NCBI GenBank assembly: GCA_029262455.1
Contig: JAJCZJ010000020.1
Coordinates: 325,078 to 389,077, forward strand
DNA: 64,000 nt
Reading direction: 5' to 3'
Source of the DNA: Deltaproteobacteria bacterium
Lineage (GTDB): Bacteria > Desulfobacterota > Binatia > HRBIN30 > CADEER01
Positions 46,893 through 54,859 of this stretch are shown here, piece after piece. Within the stretch, counting starts at the first letter, position 1. Each line of letters starts with the position of its first letter. The position numbers and the translations under genes are program-made. Below the pieces are notes generated by a model, which saw only the letters and a list, made by a program, of their open reading frames with translations, did no database searches and was not told the origin of the DNA.

Positions 46893-47900
46893 CTACACAC
46901 CGGCGCCGGCCTGGTACTCTTCGAAAGTGACGCAGCTCTCCCAGTCGGACGGCGACCGGATTGTCACTGGGTCGGGGTTCGCGCCACTAAACGCATCCGG
47001 ATGCGCGCGTTTGGCTCGGAAGTCAAAGCCCGAAAAAATCTCGTAGTCCCGCAAGGTCCGCACCCGACCGAAACCGTACGGTCCGGGCAGCGGTGATTCA
47101 TAGCTCGAGAGCAGCTGTTCCAAACGGGCAAACGCCTCGCGGTTGCGGCGCTCGACGACGTCTTCCCCCTGCTCCCAATGGCGCCGCGGCGGCCCGTCGT
47201 TGTGCTGCATGTGCCATGCCACGACTTCCGTTGGAAGAAAGAAGTCGTACCCCCAGGTGTACGAACGAATGGTCACATTCAGCTCTTCGCCCCAATAGTA
47301 TTGTCCGGGATCCTGCGGCACCTCGACATTCCAGATGCCGCGCGAGAACGCGAAGTTGCCGTTGACAAACCGTGTACGCCCCGGCTTCTTGACGTTGGGG
47401 GCTCCAAAGTCGAACCACGGCGCCCAATGGTCCGACGCGCTCCAGCCGCTCACCTTGGTCGTCGGCACACCCATTTCAGTACGACGCTGCGGCACACCAT
47501 CCTCGTCGTACCAGAATAGGGGAGCATTCATGCTGAGAACGGGTTTCTCACTGGGGAGAGCCTCCAGCATCTCGATCAGCCGCGCGTCCCAGTCGGGCTC
47601 GAGCTTCATATGGGAATCGATCTGCAGAGTGTAGGGTTCACCTCGCCACAGAGACTGCGCAATATTACGCGCCCAGGGGCCGCCCTGGCTTGCCGCAATC
47701 GTCGTATCCACAAACCGAAACCGCGGATCTCGGCGAAAATCCTCCAACGGCACCGGCGCTTTTGGGTCACGCTGCCAGCAAATTCCGAAACGCAGCGAAT
47801 CTGGAGCACTTGCCGTTTCGATCGCGTCACGCAAGGTGCGCGGCAACTCGGGGTCCGTGTACGACGCGATCGCGACGAAGATCTGAGGGTGGGAAGCCAC
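46893..47900 (-). CDS. GT60-like (Glyco_transf_GlcNAc family) glycosyltransferase, paralog of 38930..40156 without basic tail
   Basis: GTG start (MASHPQIFVAIASYTDPELPRTLRDAIETASAPDSLRFGICWQRD). Collinear similarity with the 38930 protein (IFV[AS]IASY.D, [IL]CWQ, DSH, W...E, WH). Confidence 0.45.
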   Translation of the reverse strand: MASHPQIFVAIASYTDPELPRTLRDAIETASAPDSLRFGICWQRDPKAPVPLEDFRRDPRFRFVDTTIAASQGGPWARNIAQSLWRGEPYTLQIDSHMKLEPDWDARLIEMLEALPSEKPVLSMNAPLFWYDEDGVPQRRTEMGVPTTKVSGWSASDHWAPWFDFGAPNVKKPGRTRFVNGNFAFSRGIWNVEVPQDPGQYYWGEELNVTIRSYTWGYDFFLPTEVVAWHMQHNDGPPRRHWEQGEDVVERRNREAFARLEQLLSSYESPLPGPYGFGRVRTLRDYEIFSGFDFRAKRAHPDAFSGANPDPVTIRSPSDWESCVTFEEYQAGAGV

Positions 47901-48115
47901 GATTCATACTCTTGCCGAAGCCAAGGTCGCACCGCAAGTGACAGAGACACCCGTCTATAGCCGCTCCACCGCTTGAATCTTGGTCGAGGACTCGGGATTC
48001 CAAACAACCTCCTCATGGCTCCAAGATCGGGATCTTCGCAGACAATCGACCCGCAAGGTTGCCCGAGCCACTGCGAGCGCGGCCGCAAACCCACCCGATC
48101 CACTCGACCCCCGGA

Positions 48116-49114
48116 TCAGACCTTGTGGGCGAGCCCCTTTTCCCGCGCCGTGTACTGATCGAAGATCCAGGCGTAGGTTTTCTCGATACCGTCGCGCAAT
48201 GAAGTAGACGGAGCCCAACCGAGCTTCTCAATGATCATCGTGTTGTCGCTGCTCCGCCCGTCGACACCCTTCGGAGCATCCAGTTTATAGGTTCGCTCGA
48301 GCCGAATTCCGGCAATCTCTTCGACGACATCGACCAGATCATTGATGGACACTGTCTCACTTGAGCCGAGATTGATCGGGTCCGAGACACTGCTCTCCAT
48401 CAGCCGACGAATTCCCTCGATGCAGTCATCGATGTACGTAAACGAGCGACCCTGGTTTCCATCGCCCCAGATTTCAATGCGATGATCGCCGCGGACTTTT
48501 GCTTCGATCACCTTTCGACAGATCGCCGCGGGTGCCTTCTCGCGACCACCGTCCCAGGTCCCATGAGGCCCATACACATTGTGGAAGCGAGCCACTCGCG
48601 TCCGCATCCCAAAGTCCTCCATGAAATGGCGGCACATACGCTCGGAGAACAGCTTCTCCCACCCGTACCCATCTTCCGGCATCGCCGGGTACACGTCGTC
48701 CTCTTTCAAGGGAGTGACATCATAGCCACGTTGCTTGTCCGCCCTGTATACGCATGCCGACGACGCGTAGAAAAAGCTCTCGGTGCCGCACACATTCGCA
48801 GCTTCCAACAGATGGGTATTGATCAAGACGTTGAGCATGCACAGAGCCTTGTTGCTCTCGATGAAGCCCATGCCGCCCATATCACAGGCCATCTGGTACA
48901 CGACTCCGACCCCCTCGCAGACATCCATGCACGGACTCCGCAACCGCAGATCCAGCTGCCGATTGTCGACGTCGTCGAAGCACTGGTACCACTCTTCGAT
49001 CGGTTTGAGATCGACCGCGCGTAGGTTGGGCTCACCACGCTGGCGCAAGTCGGCAACAATCTGCCCCCCGATAAACCCGCCCGCGCCTGTGACTAGAACA
49101 GTAGAAGCAACCAT
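48116..49114 (-). CDS. gme: GDP-mannose 3,5-epimerase (plant GME-type extended SDR; produces GDP-L-galactose/GDP-L-gulose)
   Basis: 332 aa. Collinear matches to plant GME as I recall it: TGAGGFIG, MACDMGGMGFIESN (AADMGGMGFIQSN), FFYASSACVY, GYGWEKL, FHNVYGPHGTWDGGREKAPAAICRK (FHNIYGPFGTWKGGREKAPAAFCRK), SDNTMIIEKLGWAP (SDNNLIKEKLGWAP). Confidence 0.75.
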   Translation of the reverse strand: MVASTVLVTGAGGFIGGQIVADLRQRGEPNLRAVDLKPIEEWYQCFDDVDNRQLDLRLRSPCMDVCEGVGVVYQMACDMGGMGFIESNKALCMLNVLINTHLLEAANVCGTESFFYASSACVYRADKQRGYDVTPLKEDDVYPAMPEDGYGWEKLFSERMCRHFMEDFGMRTRVARFHNVYGPHGTWDGGREKAPAAICRKVIEAKVRGDHRIEIWGDGNQGRSFTYIDDCIEGIRRLMESSVSDPINLGSSETVSINDLVDVVEEIAGIRLERTYKLDAPKGVDGRSSDNTMIIEKLGWAPSTSLRDGIEKTYAWIFDQYTAREKGLAHKV

Positions 49115-49228
49115 GGTCAGTCTGTATTTGCCTCTAACAGCTCACGTTGCAAGGATCAGCCGGGAACAATCGATGCATTCACTTCCTCATGCTTCGCCCG
49201 AAAGAGTAGACTCGAAGGTCAGGCAACA

Positions 49229-51316
49229 ATGACTGAGAAATCGCCCTGGCATGACGCTCTGAAGCTGGCGGCGTCAGGAAGTCGCAACGGAGTAGCGGCC
49301 ATCGTAGACGAGGCGCTCGCGGCTTCTGCTGTCAGCTCGAAGTACGAAACTATAGCTGCGAGAATCTTCCTTCTCGCCGCAGACTTCCCAAAGGCCGTCG
49401 CAGCTTGGGAACGTGCTCGACAAAAGGCGCAGACGGACGAAGACACTCGTGAGGTGAACATCGTGCGCGCGCTCGTTTCAGGGATGCTCGGAGACTTCGC
49501 GACCTCTCTGGACACCTACCACCAAGTCGTCAACGAGGGTTCCGACATCGCAACAATCCTCGCCGCAATCGAGGTCGCAGTGCGCGCCGAAGCCTGGGAA
49601 AAAATCCAACGTTGGCAACCGATCCTGGAAAAGCACGCGTCAGCAAAGCTCGAGCACAACCTGCGCCTCGCCGATCAGCTTCGACTCGCTGGCCGAGTCG
49701 ACGATGCTCGAGCGCTCATCCTCAGAGCCGTCGCGGCATCGACAGATCCGAAGGTCGCCAGGCCAGCGGCCGCACAACTTCTGATCGTCTGCGGCGCCTA
49801 CGACGAAGCGAGGCAGCTGTTCGAAGCACAGATCTCAGCAGGCGTAGCCTGTGCTTCGTCTCATGCGGGCATGTCTACCCTTCAGCTGTGGCACGGAGAC
49901 GTGGGCACCGCGTTGCAGGCCGCAGCAAACGCCTGCCGAATCAATCCGGAACTGAAGACAACGCGAAAAGTTGAGGCCATTGGGAAACTTCTCGACGGGG
50001 AGCACGCAGCGGCCATCGAGGCTTTGGACTCTTTGGTGAACTCCGGCGAAGCAAACGATGCTGAAACTCATGCATGGCGCGCTGAAGCGCTTGTGAGACA
50101 GGGCAAACACGATCTCGCAATGGCTGCCGCGCGCAACGCTGGAGATCTCAGTCCAGATCACGCCACTTTCATCGCGGTGCGCGTCATCGAAGCGCTCACG
50201 GCAGTACGCAGCGGGCGACGACCAACGGGAGACGGCACACTCGTCCGTGCCGTTGAGGTGCTCTGCGGTGCGCGCGACGCGTCTCTGCTACGAAAAACAA
50301 TGCGGCGCGTCGCGGCCGGTCCCTGGATGGGTCCGGACAGAGTATTGGCAGCTGGGACACGGTGGCTCCGCCGCATCGGGATCCCTGTCGCCGAAATCGC
50401 CACACCGGCGGAGGTCGAATCCATTTTGGAACGAAGTCTGGAGGCCATGGGTGGAAATCGTAGCCCCTTTCATCCGACACGAGTGGAGGGTGGAAAGCTC
50501 AAGCCGCTGCGCGTCGAAGCGCCGCCGCGCACACTCGTGAGAGATGCCCAACACGCGGTTCGGTTCGGCGGCTACGAGACCGCGCGCCGACGGCTCGACC
50601 TATTGATCGAGCGTTACCCTGGCTGGCCGCAGCCTTGGTACTACCGCGCCGAGATCTTGATGTGGCTCGGTCGCTACGACGAAGCTCGGGAAGACCTGGA
50701 GATCGCCCTGTCCCGGAAGCACAGTGATCCGGAAATCGAACACGGATACTGGCACCACATCGGCCTCGCCGGCGTGCATCTCATGCAAGGGAGACCCGAG
50801 ATCGCGCTGCGAACCATTGATCGCGTGCGGCGCCGTATGATCGGATCTCCGGCCCAACCGTACTACGCCTGGCGCGGCGAGATCCTTCGAGCCTTGGGAC
50901 GAAGCGAAGAAGCAAGGGATGCGCTGCAGGAGGTTTGCCCACCTGGCGGTCGCCGTCTCGGTTCGTGGCTTACGTTGGCAATGGTCTGCCACGATCTCGG
51001 AGAAACTCAGCGAACCAGGCAGATCCTCGTGCAAGCGGCGGAGAGCGCACCATCCTTGATGCTCGACCTTGCGCGGTCACCACAAGTCGCCCGATCTCTC
51101 AATCGGCTACAAGGTCAATCCGGCTGCGACACACTGTCGGACCGGGAGGTTCTCGAACTCCTAGCTCGAATGACAAAAGCTCTGCGCGGCAATCGCAGTG
51201 CCTCTTGTGTCACCTTTGTCGACTCCGATGGGAGTCTCCGTGCGATCCCACCGAACGGCTTCTACGAAAACGTCGCCCGACACATCGAGATTGATGGCAT
51301 TCGCGCCAAGTTGTAG
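49229..51316 (+). CDS. Ala/Arg-rich TPR-like repeat protein
   Basis: 695 aa, all-alpha, with repetitive helical hairpin patterns (e.g. WYYRAEILMWLGRYDEAREDLEIAL, YYAWRGEILRALGRSEEARDAL). No catalytic motif recognised. Confidence 0.4.
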   Translation: MTEKSPWHDALKLAASGSRNGVAAIVDEALAASAVSSKYETIAARIFLLAADFPKAVAAWERARQKAQTDEDTREVNIVRALVSGMLGDFATSLDTYHQVVNEGSDIATILAAIEVAVRAEAWEKIQRWQPILEKHASAKLEHNLRLADQLRLAGRVDDARALILRAVAASTDPKVARPAAAQLLIVCGAYDEARQLFEAQISAGVACASSHAGMSTLQLWHGDVGTALQAAANACRINPELKTTRKVEAIGKLLDGEHAAAIEALDSLVNSGEANDAETHAWRAEALVRQGKHDLAMAAARNAGDLSPDHATFIAVRVIEALTAVRSGRRPTGDGTLVRAVEVLCGARDASLLRKTMRRVAAGPWMGPDRVLAAGTRWLRRIGIPVAEIATPAEVESILERSLEAMGGNRSPFHPTRVEGGKLKPLRVEAPPRTLVRDAQHAVRFGGYETARRRLDLLIERYPGWPQPWYYRAEILMWLGRYDEAREDLEIALSRKHSDPEIEHGYWHHIGLAGVHLMQGRPEIALRTIDRVRRRMIGSPAQPYYAWRGEILRALGRSEEARDALQEVCPPGGRRLGSWLTLAMVCHDLGETQRTRQILVQAAESAPSLMLDLARSPQVARSLNRLQGQSGCDTLSDREVLELLARMTKALRGNRSASCVTFVDSDGSLRAIPPNGFYENVARHIEIDGIRAKL

Positions 51317-51498
51317 TGCCCGCTCAAATCCTCCGATACCAGCCGACTGCTACGGAGCAAAGCAAGTAGTGCGCTTGGCCCGTTTTGCGAGACAGGAGCC
51401 TGCTATTCGGGGGCCGGGGGTGGATACGGCTGGGTGCGCCGAACTCGTGGGCATCACCGGGTGGGCGCTCGCACCGTCGGCCTGCTATCGTGTCGGTC

Positions 51499-52260
51499 AT
51501 GAACGAGAACCTCTCGAAAAATCCACACCTGGCAGCGCTCCTCGTAGCCATGCTCGCGACGACCTCCGCCCTAGCCGAACCGCCGCCAGCCTATTTGAGC
51601 GCGGCAGTTGCCAATCCCGATCGCAACGCCGCCGACCGTGCCAGGGATGAGAATCGCAATCCCGCTGAAGTGCTTGCGTTCTTCGGGATCGAACCAGGCA
51701 TGACGGTGGTCGACCTCATGGCGGGTCGGGGCTACTACTCGGACCTGCTGTGTCGCGCTGTCGGCGACACAGGCAAAGTCTTCGTACATAACAATCGCTT
51801 CGTGCTAGAGCGCTTCGCCGAGAAAGCCGTCGCCGAGCTGGTTGCAAAGCCCGAGTTCGCTCATTGCAAGAGGTTGGATCGCGAGCTGGACAATCTCGGC
51901 CTTGGCGACGGGACCCTCGACGCTGCCGTCATGGTGTTGTTCTACCACGACACCTATTGGCAGAAGACTGATCGGACAAAGATGAACGCGGGCATCCTTC
52001 GAGCGCTGAAACCAGGCGGCGTTTTTGGAGTCGTCGACCACCACGCTGAGCCGGGCTCCAAAGACCGCGATGTGAGCACACTACATCGAGTCGAGGCCAC
52101 CATCGTGAAGCGTGAAATCATCGACGCCGGATTCGTTCTCGAAGCGGAGAGCGAGCTACTCCGCCATCCCGACGATGATCGCACGCTCAACGTCTTCAAG
52201 CCGGAGATACGCGGCAAAACAGACCGCTTTATCTACCGCTTCCGCAAGCCGACCGAGTAG
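51499..52260 (+). CDS. Signal-peptide-bearing class I SAM-dependent methyltransferase-like protein
   Basis: Internal Met of ORF 51385..52260: MNENLSKNPHLAALLVAMLATTSALAEPPPAY (signal peptide), then VVDLMAGRGYYS (motif I-like) and LKPGGVFGVVDH (motif post-I/II). Confidence 0.5.
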   Translation: MNENLSKNPHLAALLVAMLATTSALAEPPPAYLSAAVANPDRNAADRARDENRNPAEVLAFFGIEPGMTVVDLMAGRGYYSDLLCRAVGDTGKVFVHNNRFVLERFAEKAVAELVAKPEFAHCKRLDRELDNLGLGDGTLDAAVMVLFYHDTYWQKTDRTKMNAGILRALKPGGVFGVVDHHAEPGSKDRDVSTLHRVEATIVKREIIDAGFVLEAESELLRHPDDDRTLNVFKPEIRGKTDRFIYRFRKPTE

Positions 52261-52266
52261 CACGAC

Positions 52267-53163
52267 ATGACTTCCAGTGACACGAACGGCAAGCGGGTCC
52301 TCGTCGCCGGGGCAACAGGTTACCTCGGCAAGTTTGCAGTCCAGCAGTTCAAGCGGCGCGGATACTGGGTTCGAGCTCTAACCCGCAGCGAGGAGCGACT
52401 GCGACGCGGCGGCCCGTTCACGGCTCCCGCCATCGCACCAGAAGACTGCGACGAAATCTTTGTGGGTGAGGCTACAAAACCGGAGACGCTCGCAGGCCTG
52501 CTGGACGGAATCGACATTGTCTTCTCGTCGATTGGGATCTCGCGCCAACGCGACGGCCTGACCTTCGAGCAGGTCGACTATCAGGCCAACCGCAATCTGA
52601 TCGACCTTTGCTCAGGGACGTCGGTCGAAAACTTCGTCTATGTCTCCATGCTCGGGGCAGAGCAGATTTCCAACCTTGCCATCACCATCGCGCACGAACG
52701 GGTCGTCGAAACATTGCGCACCTCTGGTCTCGAATACACCATTGTCCGGCCCTCCGGGTACTTCTCCGATATGGGAGTACTGCTGGATATGGCAAAGCGT
52801 GGTCGGGCGTTGTTGGTCGGCAGCGGGAACAACCGCTTTACCCCTATCCACGGTCGCGACCTCGCCGATGTTTGCGTCGACGCGGCCGCCGGAAGTGATC
52901 GAGAGGTCGAAGCCGGCGGCCCTGAGACGATGACCCAACGCGAAGCCGCCGCGCTGGCATTCGACGTTGCGGGCAAGCCGGTGAAGATGACCGTCATACC
53001 CCTGTGGCTGGCCAAAGGATTGGCCCGAACCATCGGGCTGCTCAACACACAGTTCGGCGATCTCGCAGAGTTCATCGTCACCGCCGGTGAAGTCGACGCC
53101 GTCGCTCCAACACGCGGCAGAACCACCCTGCGCAGCTACTTCGAGAGCTTGAACGATAGTTGA
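52267..53163 (+). CDS. NAD(P)-binding NmrA-like/atypical SDR oxidoreductase
   Basis: VLVAGATGYLGKFAVQQFKRRGYWVRALTR Rossmann motif. About 298 aa. Confidence 0.6.
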   Translation: MTSSDTNGKRVLVAGATGYLGKFAVQQFKRRGYWVRALTRSEERLRRGGPFTAPAIAPEDCDEIFVGEATKPETLAGLLDGIDIVFSSIGISRQRDGLTFEQVDYQANRNLIDLCSGTSVENFVYVSMLGAEQISNLAITIAHERVVETLRTSGLEYTIVRPSGYFSDMGVLLDMAKRGRALLVGSGNNRFTPIHGRDLADVCVDAAAGSDREVEAGGPETMTQREAAALAFDVAGKPVKMTVIPLWLAKGLARTIGLLNTQFGDLAEFIVTAGEVDAVAPTRGRTTLRSYFESLNDS

Positions 53164-53226
53164 GGACGCCGGCACAACGAGGTGCCAACGCGCCGACATT
53201 GCTCAGCACCCCGCAACGGCCTGCGG

Positions 53227-54837
53227 CTAGTGGTCCCGAGCTTTCCCAGCCGAACCCGGTCGCCCTTGGGCAAACCAGGCGTGCTCGGGACGAGCGAGGA
53301 TCTCTGCAATCAGCGTATCGATCGCCGACGCCGCCACACCCTCACCGCGCGCTGCCGCATGCTCGGCGATCTCACGCGCTTGCGGCAGTAGCTCCTGATA
53401 AAATCGTTCCGCAACCTCGTACATCCCGTGCCACTGAGTGTAGTCCGGCGCCATCATCGCCGCACCCATGCGCGCGCGACGGCCTTCGTGGTGCCAGAGG
53501 TAGAACCAGGTCCATTCGATCTCCTCATCAAAGGGAGTCGCCGTGATCAGATCGTTCGTCTTGAGCGCCTTCATGATCGACTGACCTGGCGCTGCAAACT
53601 TCTCGTTGTAGAGAGTCACGAGATCGTCATACTGCCGGTAAAACCCGCTCGTGTGGTCGTCCGTGTGGCAGTGCGAGCAAACTTCGCGCATCCGTCCGCG
53701 CTTATCGGCGGCGCTATCGGTCACCAGCTCACGCCGCTTCTGTGGGTCGAGCTCACGTACAATCGCCCCATCTTTATCGGTGTCCATCTGCAGACTCAGA
53801 GGCGGTCGGTTGTTCCAAGAGATCCGCTCGCGCGGATCATGCGTGATCTTGCCACCGTTTCGTGAGTGTCCAGACATGTGGCAGGTAGCGCAGGTCGGTG
53901 CCTGCGCGTAGTCGCGGCCGAGCACCCAGCTGTCGCCGTCCAGGTCCATGTCTTCGCGCAGGTCGCGGTAGGCGACACCGTGCTTCGACTCCTCATAGAT
54001 CTCCTTTTGCGGATGGTCGGGTCCGAGGTGGCATTTGCCGCAATTCTCCGGCTGTCGCGCACGTCGCGGCGAAAAATCGTGACGGCTGTGGCAGGCGGAA
54101 CACGAGCCGCGTGATCCGTCGAGGTTCAACCGGCCAATTCCCGTATTCGGCCAAGTCCCGGTGTCGAGGAGCGGACGGCCATTGTCGTCGCGCAGCACGC
54201 GAGCAACCGCGTCGAGGTCCGTTGGCTTGCCGTCAACGCCAGGCTTCAAGTCCACAAACGTGATCGACTCCCCGGTGGTCGCTCGCAGTGCGACCTTGCT
54301 CCCGTGGCATTGCTGGCAGCCAGAGAGGGCTGCGGCCATACCGTCGACTTCATCTCCTCGCGCAATTGCTTCGGGCGAATGTGGTGAAAAAGCCACGCGA
54401 GAGCCCTCGACCGTCTCGGCGAGAAAGTTGTCCAACGAGGCAAGGATGTTGCCGGCCGCAGCGTGATGACTCCGCTCGAACTCGTCGGCCACCTGCGGGT
54501 GACATCCCGCACAATCGCGCGGCGTTACGATCGTCGCTATGTCTGCGCCGTAATGGGAGAACGCATCCGCCTCATCGCGTTCGGCTCGGTGACAGTCTAG
54601 GCAGGCGACACCGACCTCCGCGTGCTTGCTGCTGCGCCAGTGCGTCACGATGCCGGGATGTGCTTGACTGTGGCAGGCTACACAGCCCTCGCTACTCGAA
54701 GCCACCGAAATGATCGGCTCGCGCATCCCACCCTCTACTTCGCGTCGTACGATCTCCATGCGTTGCACGAAGAACAGAGAACCGACGAAGATCAGGGCCG
54801 CTGCGATCAGCACCAGTCGTTTGGCGTTCAAATCCAT
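53227..54837 (-). CDS. Membrane-anchored octaheme c-type cytochrome (hydroxylamine-oxidoreductase/multihaem family-like)
   Basis: N-terminal TM segment (LVLIAAALIFVGSLFFV) and eight CxxCH motifs: CVACH, CLDCH, CAGCH, CQQCH, CSACH, CGKCH, CATCH, CSHCH. Confidence 0.6.
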   Translation of the reverse strand: MDLNAKRLVLIAAALIFVGSLFFVQRMEIVRREVEGGMREPIISVASSSEGCVACHSQAHPGIVTHWRSSKHAEVGVACLDCHRAERDEADAFSHYGADIATIVTPRDCAGCHPQVADEFERSHHAAAGNILASLDNFLAETVEGSRVAFSPHSPEAIARGDEVDGMAAALSGCQQCHGSKVALRATTGESITFVDLKPGVDGKPTDLDAVARVLRDDNGRPLLDTGTWPNTGIGRLNLDGSRGSCSACHSRHDFSPRRARQPENCGKCHLGPDHPQKEIYEESKHGVAYRDLREDMDLDGDSWVLGRDYAQAPTCATCHMSGHSRNGGKITHDPRERISWNNRPPLSLQMDTDKDGAIVRELDPQKRRELVTDSAADKRGRMREVCSHCHTDDHTSGFYRQYDDLVTLYNEKFAAPGQSIMKALKTNDLITATPFDEEIEWTWFYLWHHEGRRARMGAAMMAPDYTQWHGMYEVAERFYQELLPQAREIAEHAAARGEGVAASAIDTLIAEILARPEHAWFAQGRPGSAGKARDH

Positions 54838-54859
54838 GGAATCCCCCGTGGTCTTCGCC

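Noticed and set aside
53164-53226. Possible bidirectional terminator hairpin (ggcac-aacgag-gtgcc) in the convergent gap between the NmrA-like gene and the octaheme cytochrome gene
   Set aside because: Stem only 5 bp with no U-tract. Too weak to call from sequence alone.
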